In this document: positions 9,340 through 20,505 of the stretch, piece by piece
How the letters are laid out: every line of letters starts with the position of its first letter
Numbering within the stretch: the stretch's first letter is position 1
Assembly: GCA_043228905.1 (NCBI GenBank)
Contig: JBHGNT010000012.1
Span: 6,324,001-6,388,000 of the forward strand
Reading direction: 5' to 3'
Origin: Azolla caroliniana
Taxonomy: Eukaryota; Plantae; Polypodiophyta
Length of the DNA stretch: 64,000 nucleotides
Translations under genes and position numbers: made by a program
The notes under the pieces: generated by a model
Seen by the model: the letters and a program-made list of their open reading frames with translations, nothing else
Database searches by the model: none
What the model was told of the DNA's origin: nothing

Positions 9340-12300
9340 TATTAAGAATTAGGTGATTAATTAGGGGTTAATTAGGGGTTAATTAGTACCTAATTATGTG
9401 ATTAGTTGATAAGCGGAAGATTAAGTGATATGTGTGTGTATGTGTGTGAGAGGAAGAGAGAGAGAGAGAGGAAGTTAACACTTATAAACAACAAAAGATA
9501 GGGGATGAGTAACTATATATTAAATTAGCATGAACATCATCAAATACAAAAATACCTACAATGAGGTATATATAGATCTCATGTGCAAGGGTGCACATGT
9601 GTGAGGATAATATAGGTACAAAAGTGTAAGTCCTATATTAAATGTACTTGGGAGTGGAGGATCTAGAATATCCCACTTAAGTACAAGGTCCTATTTAAGG
9701 CATTATAGTCAACACTTCTAATTTGATTCTATTTAGGTAACTACAAAGTTACATGGTTGACTAACTAACTAAACTAAGTTGAGCTTGATCTCTCAACACG
9801 CCCCCTCAAGCTCAAGTGGGAGGCATCCAACATCCACTTTGGCTTTCATCGGCTTCGTGTGCTTCCGTCCGGCCTTCGGCTTTCTTCGTTGTGGCAATCT
9901 CGGTTCCTCCCCCTCAAGCTGACAACTAAGGCTTGTAGTGTATGGGCGAATGTCAACTACTTTGGTGGAGCTCTTGGGCTCTTGTTCGGCCGCTACCTTC
10001 ATCGTGATGGCATAGTGATGGGCCATGTACTTGTTGTGGCCGAGCCGAGTGACGGGATTCTTCTCTCTAGAAGAGCGTCAAAGTTTTTCACTCGCCGATG
10101 TCAACGCCTTCTTTACTCCGGGTGTCCGCATGATGGGTACACCAAACTCACTATCTAGTGAGGGAGCCGAGACATCCGAATCATTGTCATCAGGGTGATT
10201 GACTTTGTATTCGGGCATCTTACCTTTTTCTTTGTCCAAGTTCGGACTTGGCCGCGACGTGCTTGGAAGGCTTGAAGACTTGTGTGGCCGAATATCATCC
10301 TCCGAGTTGACGTTCAACTCTTCCTCGGTCAGGTCGGGTGGAGTCGAATCGGGCTTATACCATGATGCCGATTCGTCGAAGACTACATCTCGACTCACCG
10401 GAACCGCTCGGGTTGAAGGGTTATAGCACTTGTATGCCTTCTTCTTGGACGAGTATCCTATGAGGATACATTCCTCTGACTTCGCGTCAGGCTTCTATCA
10501 GCTTTCGTTCGGGATGCGTACATTCGCAATGCTTCCGAACACCTTGAGGTGCAACAAGATCAGCTTCCTTCCGACGAGGAGCTCGTATGGAGTTAGCTCA
10601 TGCACTCCATTAGTGGTGCGCCAATTCATGAGATAGACGGTCGTGGATGCCGCGTCGGCCCAATAGAAGTTTGGCATGTGCTTCTCATGTAACATGGCTT
10701 GTGCAGCCTCGAGTATTTGCCGATTTTTCCTTTCGGAGACTCCATTTTGTTGGGGTGTGTGTCGGCACAAGAATTCTCTCCGAATGCCTTCACTTTGGAG
10801 GTAGGAGGTGAATTCATCGGAGAAGTACTCCTTGCCCCCATCCGATCGTAGGCATCGAATGTGCCAACCGGTTTCTTTTTCGACTTGGCCCTTGAGCTTT
10901 TGGAAGTGGGAGAACACTCCGCTCTTCTTCTTCATCGGGAAGATCCACGCATAACGCGAGTAGTCGTCGATGAAGGTGACGTAGAATCGGCATCTGTCGA
11001 TGTCGGCATTTGAGTCGGTCCCCATACATCCGAGTGTATGATGTCGAGGAGGCCTTTGCTTGCGGAGCTCTCCTCCGTAAATGGGAGTCAATGTTGTTTG
11101 CCAAGTTGACATGCTTCACATACTCGGTCAACTCGTTTAGACTCGAAGGTTGGAAGTCCGATGACGACTCCCTTTGATTGCATAGCTCGGAGCCGTTCGA
11201 GGTTTATGTGGCCGATTCTTTTGTGCCACAACTCAATGCTTGTCTCGGTTTTGAGACCTTTGGCATACATGGCCGATTTCACCTCATTCGAATTGAGGAT
11301 GAACATGCGACCATCTCTCCGTCCCTTGGTTATGAGTTGGCCATCTTTCTCGATGAAATAACCTTCATTGTTGAAGCGGACTTGCATGCCTTGCTCCACG
11401 ATTTGGCCGACGGAGACCAAATTCTTTGTTATTGTGGGCACATGCAAGACATTCTTGATGCAAGTTTGTTCGCGTTCTTTCCTGAATGGGACATTGCCGA
11501 TGTGCCAAATGGGATGTGTGGTGTCGTCTCCCGTCTCTATGAAGCCGGGTCGATGCGGCGTTCGTAAATCATGAAACCACTCTTCGTAAGATGTCATGTG
11601 GTGTGAGGCAACGGAATCGACGAACCACATGTCTTTCGAGTTGGAGGCGCTTGCGGAGTTGGAGGCCGACATAGAGTTTGCTCTATGCCTCATTATGAAT
11701 AGTCCGCCGTAATCATTGTATTCAGAGTTGACGGCGTAATTCGTGAGTTGTTGACTTGTGGAAGCCAACTCATTTCTTCTTTTTCGGCACTCCTCGCGGT
11801 GGCCGATTTTGCCGTAATAGTTGCAAGTTGTGGGCCTCGTTTGTCGACCTTGTTCGGCATGGAAGCTCCCCCTTCTTCAGAATATTCCTTGATGGCTTCC
11901 GTGAAGGTTTGAGTTCCCTTCGTGTGATGGGCCGAATTGGCCTCTTCTTTTGTCGTGACCTCGTCCTCGGCCACCGTCCGAACTTGAGAAGAACATTTGT
12001 CCTTCCGACATCTTCATCTTGGTTCGAACATGGTTCTCTTCAACCAATAACATTGATTGGAGGTCGAAGAATGAAGGAGGATTTTCCCTCGCCAAGATTG
12101 CCCTCCTCAACGAGTCAAATCGTTGTGCGAGGCCGCCCAAGCATACTTGAACCATCTCATCTTCGTCGACGTTTATTTTGATGGAGCCAAGCAAGTCGCA
12201 AATGCTCTTGATCTTGGCGGTGTAGTCCGACACGGACATGTCTTTTTGCCGAATGTTGTTCAACTCTTGTCGGAGTTGAAGCTTTTGGGAGGTTCTGTTG

Positions 12301-12866
12301 GCGGCGAACATTTTCTTTAAGTTCTCCCACGCCTCTTTGGGCGTCTTGGCATCTTGAATGTGGTTAAGCATGTGGTCGTGGACACATGTTGCCAAGCAAT
12401 ACATGACTCGACTCGCCGCTTGCTCCCATGATTAGTAGTCGACGTTCTTTGGGTCGGGTCGATTTTCTTGAGCGTCGTTGATGTAGCTCCAATACCCTTG
12501 GCCGACAAGGTATTGGGTCATCTTGTACTCCCAAGATGAATAATTGCTCCGGTCTAGCTTTTCACTAGGGAGCGAGCTACCCATTTGTGTGTTCATGTTG
12601 ATTGACGTATCTTCCATTTTTACTTTCCTTCCTTCAGTCACGTACACGTGTTACGTAGCAGCACTATGGTAGCCGATAGCCAGATTTTGTCGTCGGCATC
12701 TCGAACACACAATCACGAAGTCGGGTGGGCTTAGTGGATTTTCTAAACCACATGCTCTAATACCATGTTAAGAATTAGGTGATTAATTAGGGGTTAATTA
12801 GTACCTAATTATGTAATTTGTTGATAAGCGGAAGATTAGGTGATATGTGTGTGTATGTGTGTGAGA

Positions 12867-12902
<36 letters not shown>

Positions 12903-13227
12903 GTTAACACTTATAAAGAACACAAGATAAGGGATGAGTAACTATATATTAAATTAGCATGAACATCATCAAATACAAAAATACCTACAATGAGGTATAT
13001 ATAGATCTCATGTGCAAGGGTGCACATGTGTGAGGATAATATAGGTACAAAAGTGTAAGTCCTATATTAAATATACTTGGGAGTGGAGGATCTAGAATAT
13101 CTCACTTAAGTACAAGGTCCTATTTAAGGCGTTATAGTCAACACTTCTAACTAGATTCTACCTAGGTAACTACGAAGTTACATGGCTGACTAACTAACTA
13201 AACTAAGTTGAGCTTGATCTCTCAACA
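9340..13227 (-). mobile_element. Ty1/copia derivative with both LTRs (9340-9798, 12766-13227) but lacking RT/RNase H
   Basis: Two highly similar LTRs of about 460 bp; TSD ATAAC (9335-9339 and 13228-13232); PBS TGGTATTAGAGC (iMet type, 12754-12765); PPT at 9799-9806; gag (KLDRSNYSSW), protease (WFVDSVASHHM), integrase (RSDGGKEY, PQQNGVSERKN); no YVDD. Confidence 0.9.
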
Positions 13228-14272
13228 ATAACCAAGTAACACAAGAGAAGTAGTCAATGAAAGAGACAATTTATATGTATATCCATTAATAGAACTTGTG
13301 GAACACGGTCCCCAAACATTAGAGTGTATTACATCAAACACATGGGAACTCCTATGACTTGAACTAACATATGAGCTTTAGTAAGCTTACCAAATTCACA
13401 TGCATCACAAACAAGTTTCGATTTATCAGCCTTTTCAAAAAGATGTGGATATAGCCAACTTAAAACCCCATAAGAGGTATGTCCCATATGTTGGTCGTAA
13501 AGCATCAACAAGTCCTCACAACTCATTTTAGATCCCGTTACATCTATTCCATCTACATAGATGTTAATGTTGAATCCAATCCTTTGTCACGACACAATGA
13601 CATCAAATACAGAGTTGGTGAGGATTGAACCTACAACCTCATATCAACAAGATGTCATGCTCAACCATTTTTATATGAGCATGCATTTATATATAATAGT
13701 TTAGCATATAGTACATTTCAAAATCAAAATATATTCTAGTTGTTAGTATATTCTAGAAATATTGTACAGTATATTCTAGACGGGTATATTCTAGAGATAT
13801 TCAGTCTCGAAACATGTATAAATACTTGTAACCTCCTTGGTCCTTTTCAGGGGATTCAACACCATTCATTGACACATCAATCTAGTATTCTCATTTCGTC
13901 CCATCTTGTCTCCTTGATCTTTATCTTTGTCTTCATGCTTTTGTGTCGTTCCACACTATTAGCCCCATCATCCATGCTTCGTCCAAGTCCACGGTTGTGT
14001 GTTCGTGATAGTTTGAATCCCTTCCAACTAGAAGTATTGCCCTTCTTCGTTAATACCTTTGCTTCTATAGTTACCATCATCACCGTCCTTGCTTCCAGAG
14101 TTACCGTCATCACCATCCTAGTCTTCAACATCATCTTTTTTAGCACCTCTTCGCCCAACTTTCATCGTAATCAACACAACTTTGCATGGTCTTTCATTAT
14201 CATCATTGTTCCACCCTCTTCATTATCATTGTCATCATCTATCTATAGGTATCATTTTGCATCACGATTTTG

Positions 14273-14635
14273 GCGAGGATTGATTTCGATCGCTCGCGTT
14301 CACAGTTGCGATGGGGGTTACAACCGCTCATTTTCCTGGTGGGGATCGAATCATTGCTCGTTTGCACTCCATTTTCATTTCGGTTCAAGTTTCACTCCAC
14401 TTTCCTTTGGCGAGGATCAATTTTGATCACTCAGCTTCACAGTTCCGGTGGGGGTCACAACCACTCACTTTCTTGGTGGGGATTGAATCGTTTCTCGCTT
14501 GCACTCCATTTTCATTTTGGTTCACATTTCACTCCACTTTCCTTTGACGAGGATTGATTTCGGTCACTCACCTTCACAGTTCCGGTGGGGGTCACAACCA
14601 CTCACTTTCCTGGTGGGGATCGCATCGATTTCTTG
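14273..14635 (+). repeat. About 2.6 copies of a unit of about 137 bp, each with three bulged hairpins
   Basis: Units start near 14275, 14412 and 14549 (gaggatYRatttYgRtcRctc...gggggtYacaacc...ggtgggga). Confidence 0.85.
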
Positions 14636-14755
14636 TTAACGCTACCGTTTGTGCCATGTTTTGGGTCAACCTCAACTATTTACCCTCTCATGATAGAAGA
14701 CGTCGAGTCGACCGCTTCACTTGCACTCCTTCATCCGTTGTTGTACCAGTTCCCA

Positions 14756-15252
14756 GTGAGGACAACACATGGTTGCTCACATTCCAATTCCTGGTGAGGG
14801 CCACACATGATCGCTCACACCCGTTCGTGTTCCAGTTCTCGGTGAGGATCGCATGGTCACTCACACTCGTTCGTATTCTAGTTCTCAATGAGGACCACTT
14901 GGTCGCTCACTCTCATTCATGTTCTAGTTCCTAGTGAGGACCTCACATGGTCACTTAGCCCGTCAACCATCAGTGTTCGTTCATGTCTTTGTGAGGACTA
15001 CACATGGTCACTCACGTCCATCTGTGTTCCAGTCTTCGGTGAGGACAACACATGGTCGCTCACATCTGTTCGGGTTCCAGTTCTCGGTGAGGACCACACG
15101 TGGTTGCTCACGTCCATTGGTATTCATGTCTCTGGTGAGGACCGCACATGATTGCTCACACCCATTGGTGTTCTAGTTCCCAGTGAGGACTACACATGGT
15201 CGCTCACATCCGTTGGTATTCGTGTCTCTGGTGAGGACTGCACATCGCTCAC
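14756..15252 (+). repeat. 11-copy tandem array, period about 48 bp, core GTGAGGACYACACATGGTCGCTCAC
   Basis: Exact 48-bp period for units at 14991, 15039, 15087, 15135, 15183, 15231; the core is a self-complementary hairpin. Confidence 0.9.
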
Positions 15253-15939
15253 GCTTGTCGGTGCTCCAAGTCTTATTCGTCCCTACACCATGCTTTCGAA
15301 AAGGCAACCGTAAAAGAGAAGATAATATCACGACATGGTGACATCAAATCCATAGTTGGTAACGATTGAACCTATAACGTCATATCAACAAGATGTCATG
15401 CTCAACCATTTTGATATGAGCATGCATTTGTATATAATAGTTTAGCATATCGTACATTTCAGGATGAGAATATTCTAGTCGTTAGTATATTCTAGAAACA
15501 TTGTATTGTATATTCTAGACGAGTATATTCTAGAGATATTTCTCGACTATGTTCTACAGATATTCGATCTAGGAACATGTATAAATACTTGTAACCTCCT
15601 TGGTCCCTTTCAGAGGATTCAACACCAGTCATTGACACATCAATCTAGTATTCTTGTTTTGCCCCATCTTGTCTCCCTGAACTTTATCTTTGTCTTCATG
15701 CTTTTGTGTCGTTCCACACTATTAGCCCCATCATCCGTGCTTCGTCTGAGTTCACGGTTGGTGTGTTCGTGACACCCTTCACAATCCAAATACCTTAGTC
15801 TACTATGCCATGTGCCAGTCCCAAGTCTCTTACTTGTCCCTTTCTCCTGGAATGTCACCTTGGGAACATCAAAAGAAACAACACATTTTATACTCTAAGT
15901 AGATAATTTATTCAAGTAGATATTTCATTAGGGCACATT

Positions 15940-16480
15940 CCACTCGTTGAGTTCCTTGATAGCTTATTTGGAATAGTGAACTACTCGCTTGTGGCACTTT
16001 TTTTCAATGATTTTGTTTTTGCCTGCATCCTCTTCTCCTCCTCGTACAAGACTTTCTATAACTAGTTTCTCACTTACGCGTTGTGCTCAAGCTTATGCAC
16101 ATGTAAGTGATGTGAATGAAGTCGAGAATTTATGTCCACATTGAGAAAGAATGGTTAGAAGGAAATCCATTGATAACCAGTATCTTGATAGATATCTATG
16201 CATGCCAAATGTATTACAATTACAAAAGCAAATATGCAATATTTCGAAGATTACATGTATGGTATATTGTGGAACACTATGATACGCGCAAATGAGTTTC
16301 ATCTCAACAAAGAATGCTTGGAATATCTTGGAGTTGATGCAAAGAGACTATCAAAAGAGAATATAAGGTTTCCGTGGATACATAGCCAAATTGTCATTCT
16401 TTAAGTGCAAATAAACATTTAGAAACCGTTATGGTCATGATTTTAAGTGGGTACCTAGGCCAAATTATCACACTTAAGTG
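15940..16480 (+). pseudogene. Degraded PPR gene fragment
   Basis: Frame-hopping reads VHIEKEWLEGNPLITSILID..HAKC..LWNTMI, matching PLS-PPR motifs (LIDMYAKC, WNxMI). Confidence 0.45.
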
Positions 16481-17129
16481 TGAGTGAAAATTTAGAGACT
16501 TCTGGTCATTGTTAATCATGGACTGGACTAGCCACTAACACAGGTTGTCCTTCCGGATCACTTCACCAAAGGGGTGGTTACGGGGCGACACAGATATCAC
16601 TTTATCCGACTAGTTCCGGATCTGTTCCGAATTAACAACTCATACATATTGATAACACACGTAAGATATGACAGTAAGCACAGAACGGAAAGTAAGTAGA
16701 TACACAATAATCTTAAAGCCAACTTTACTTATATTAATTCTGTCCCTTAATACATCGTTCTTCGGGTCCTTTTATAGGCATCCGGTTTTGTTTACAAAAC
16801 GGTGCCATATCGGCAACCGGTTACGAATTTGTCCGGATCCGGATCGGTGCAACTCTTCCACATCCGTTCGTTCCTATTTTAATTCTAGCTAATTAATAAC
16901 TAATACTAATAACTTGGATTCCGCTTCTAACTTGTCCCCCACTTGTCTTTCATACTCCGGCCACCAGCCAATTATCATAATTTTAAGATAGTAGACTCTA
17001 GCAAAGTGTTGTGAGATCTGAGGTGATGGACTCAAGGTTATTTTTATATACATGACATTCTCGTGAAGTCTTATTTAGGGATCACTTTTCTTTCTTTGAA
17101 GATTTTTTTTAAATAAAAGATTCACCTTG

Positions 17130-19950
17130 GTATTAATTGAAAGATGTTGAAAGGCTACAAAGAACTCATACCTTCATCAACTAAATTTATACATCTAAAT
17201 TCGGGGTCCTTCCAAGACAAGGGGCGGAAAAAGCCATCTTGGTATCTCCACTTTATTCTCTCCCCAAAAGAGATGAAGATATCTGCCTTTTTCCACATTT
17301 CTCTAAAATGTTGTTGCTCATGAAACACGACATTAGGCTCGCCAGTTATTTCCTCATATAGACCTCTTAGAGTATGCAGAGCATCAATGATATCTCCTTG
17401 TCGAACTCAACCACATTCTGGTTGACTTTCTGAAATACATTTACATATTGCCTTCCACAATACCCAAACTACTAAAGAAGATATCGTAGACAAAACCTTG
17501 GCCCTCTACCAAAAAACAAATTGTTGTAGTATAAGAGACATCCAATGCATGTTTTCCATCTGAGAGGAGAAGAAAGTCAACAAACTCCTTTTCATAATTT
17601 TGTATTTCTTCAACCGGCCTTCCCCATCTCACAAAACCCCATGTGTACACCTATTTAACACAAACAAGATACAAAATTCTCAGCATTCTTTTTCAAACTA
17701 CTCTAACAATAGGACATACATATAAGACATGATGAACCAATTCAATGGGAAAACCACAACTATCACAATTTAAATCATGGCAATGCCCACATCCATGACT
17801 TCACAGGAATCCCATAATGTACCAACAACCATCTAAATGATACAACTTTTTTAGGAATTTGCATGGCCCATAGCCATTAAACCAATAAACGCCCAACCAA
17901 GAGTCTTGTACATTACCCAATCTCCAAATTTTATAAGTTTCTCGCACAACAGCCAAACCCCTCCTTAGCAATTCTATACTATTTTTTATAGAGAACTGAA
18001 AAAAAGGGATTTGTTTACCTATTATTCCTTGCACTGATATGATTGGCCATCTCCACTCACCTGGATCCCACAGAAGATGATCTATGGACTTATTCTCATA
18101 AACCCACAATTCAAATAAACTATTTATGTCATTTGGATGTGGATTCAACATCCACCCTTTTCTGTTCTTCCACAATATACGAATAGGCAACATACTCCCT
18201 TGAGTTACAACATCGTCTTCCATAAAGATAGAATGAAACCATCTAGAAGGCAAAACATCGAAATAAAGACATTCATGAGAGTTTTTATAACCCCTGACCC
18301 CTAACAAGACATGTAAGGATGAAACATACCATACCAAAATAGACGAATTTGAGAAGGCTGAAAGGAAGACATCATAAACACTCTATCCATCTCAACATAC
18401 ATAATATTCCCTCACCAAATTGTTCTACAAACATGGTTATTGTTGTCTACCATCGAAGAATAAAAGGTCATCCTTACTGGCCCAGCTTCTCCTCTATCAA
18501 AATCAACCCACTTCTATCTAGTTCTCTTCCCTAACATTACCCTCTCCTCTGTAACGAATCTTCGAAGATATTTTTGTGTTAAGGCTTCCAAGTAATGATT
18601 TACATTTATATTGAGACAAATATAATGAGGATTTTCAAGTATCTGACATCTATTAAGGAAAACAATTCCATGCCCAATTCCAATGACCCATCAAGAAATA
18701 TATTGATTTCAATATCATTCAAGAACGGCTCTCGCTCGGATGTGGAAGTACTTATGATGCCTTAAGTGTGTTTTTTATTCAATGGATTAAACTATCATTG
18801 TCCATTGGAATGCATTGATTGCATTCTATGTTCGATGAGGTGAGCACAAACAATAAAACTTGAAAAAATACCACAAAAGCCTGATGTTAAGTTCAGCTTG
18901 ATGTGTAAACTATCACAACTCCTAGTTCTTCGGTAGATGCTTTCACATTCAAACTCTAGATGTATATATCAATTTATCTTGATCACATGATTTTCCTTGA
19001 AAATGTTCACCCACCCATGATACCAATCTTGTCAAGCACAGATCTTGATCAACATTGGCCTCCCTTGAATAATCAAATAAGCTCATAGTAGCTCATCCAT
19101 CTTAATCCTAAGATAACAAGCCCAACTTCCTAAATAGTTAACCACTGTTATTTATGCATTCGAATAGATGCACAAATCCATATGAAATCATACAAACCTG
19201 AACTCAATCCAACCCACAAAACTATCATCAGCCTTCATCCTTCACCAAAAACCAGGAGTATGCCATATCAATGTTCTCAATCTTAATCACATATTTGGTA
19301 GTATGGTTTTAAAGCACCCACAACAACCAATGGGCCTCTTTTCATTACTGGAGATATGTGTGCCATTGTTTGTTGATGACCAAACATCACCATTTCTTAA
19401 AATGGCATATTCATTGCCATTGATGCACATAAGATCTTCAAAAAAGATCATAAGATTCTTCTCCTTGACCCAACACATAATCCCCGTACGCAATTTCTTC
19501 TTTCTTTCTCTCCATCTCTTGTTTAACTGGTGCATTGACTTTCTTCGTTGTTTCATAACCTATTTTATCCTTAGTTCTATAAAGATGTCTCTCCTCTACA
19601 TTCTCATCAACTCAATGTATCTTTCTTTAGCAGAACAATATCTATTCCAATCCATGCCATTATACACAAATAATTAATACCATTATCACAATGGCAATGA
19701 CCTCTCTTTTTGGAAAGGGGTATCATATCCAAACAACTCCAACATTGTTCTTATATTAATCTTCCAAAGAACCATGACCCGCATTGATGAACCTCCTTTC
19801 TTCTAGAAACATTTCACAGGAAAATGTAGTTCATTCGGCTTCTCTTCTAACACATGCATCTGATGGCACACATCTCCTAATGGATCACTTTTTGCAATAA
19901 CTTTCTACGCCACAATATTCATGCCTTAAGAAAAAACCAGCTATTACTTG
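17130..19950 (-). mobile_element. Degraded LINE (L1-like) ORF2 remnant
   Basis: Minus-strand fragments including SFRWLLVHYGIPV and CDSCGFPIELVHHVLYVCP (zf-RVT type) and Trp-rich ORF 17801-18337; many stops and frameshifts; boundaries approximate. Confidence 0.6.
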
Positions 19951-20505
19951 TGAACCACTAGAAAAGAGAAAATATATATTGTTCTTTTGTTGCAAAGAAT
20001 TTCCATATAGGATTGCCTTTGTTAGTTCATTCTGATTCCGTCAGATTGGTTGCAACCACTCACCTCGCCATTATTCTGGGGTTGCTCAAAAATGCCCCAC
20101 ATGAGCTAATTAATTGACAGCTCAAAGACCCACATGAAAACCGATTGAAAATGTGAAATGTGCGCATTTAGCATGCCTCCAGATTTGGTGACCCAACACT
20201 TCCAGGATTGGACATTAGGCATGGGCTGCACCAAAATTGAGAAGATCTTGCCAATCACTTGGAGCAATCCATTCATCAACATGTGTGGCATCCATTCTTT
20301 GGTTTATGGATATCACTTTGTATTCATTTATTCATATCGCACATTCATCAACATGTTTTAGTATGTCCTCTATTTTCTCTGTGTTGCCCAATTCTGTTTC
20401 TCCGAATTTTGTGTTGCTGTGACCCAAATCATCTGTGCCCTTCGGTAACACTCATAAGAGGAGCACATGAACTCAAGTGTTTTTCTTTTCTTAACATCTG
20501 TATTC

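Larger units (their letters stand above)
13585..15774 (+). mobile_element. Non-coding (non-autonomous) LTR element, LTRs 13585-14010 and 15326-15774
   Basis: TGTCAC...GTGACA outer ends; TSD TCCTT/CCCTT; purine tract 15312-15325; no TE protein motifs inside; removal rejoins host copia YLDCEG-LDSTL. Confidence 0.9.
10..15865 (-). mobile_element. Decayed Ty1/copia host element, fragmented by nested insertions (3' LTR about 10-171; RT/RNaseH 179-1073 and 2308-3150; integrase 9201-9339 and 13233-13584; pre-integrase region 15780-15865)
   Basis: Minus-strand copia motifs in order: ANNPVQHDRTKHIE/ADCLRKGL (RNaseH), YCDYDWAS, YVDDIII (around 2303-2323), [59 protein letters not shown]. PPT (AGGGGGAG on minus, 172-179) abuts TGTTGA LTR start at 171. 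Reading frames rejoin across the TSD-flanked insertions. Confidence 0.9.

Noticed and set aside
13740-14426. 228-aa hydrophobic ORF as a possible env-like gene
   Set aside because: Starts inside the LTR at a non-ATG codon; composition reflects T/C-rich low-complexity and repeat sequence.
14756-15252. Palindromic repeat array resembling CRISPR
   Set aside because: Linkers are homologous to each other rather than unique spacers, there are no cas genes, and the context is a eukaryotic LTR element.
16546-16970. CCGG-rich segment that may be a solo LTR
   Set aside because: No matching terminus or TSD could be identified.
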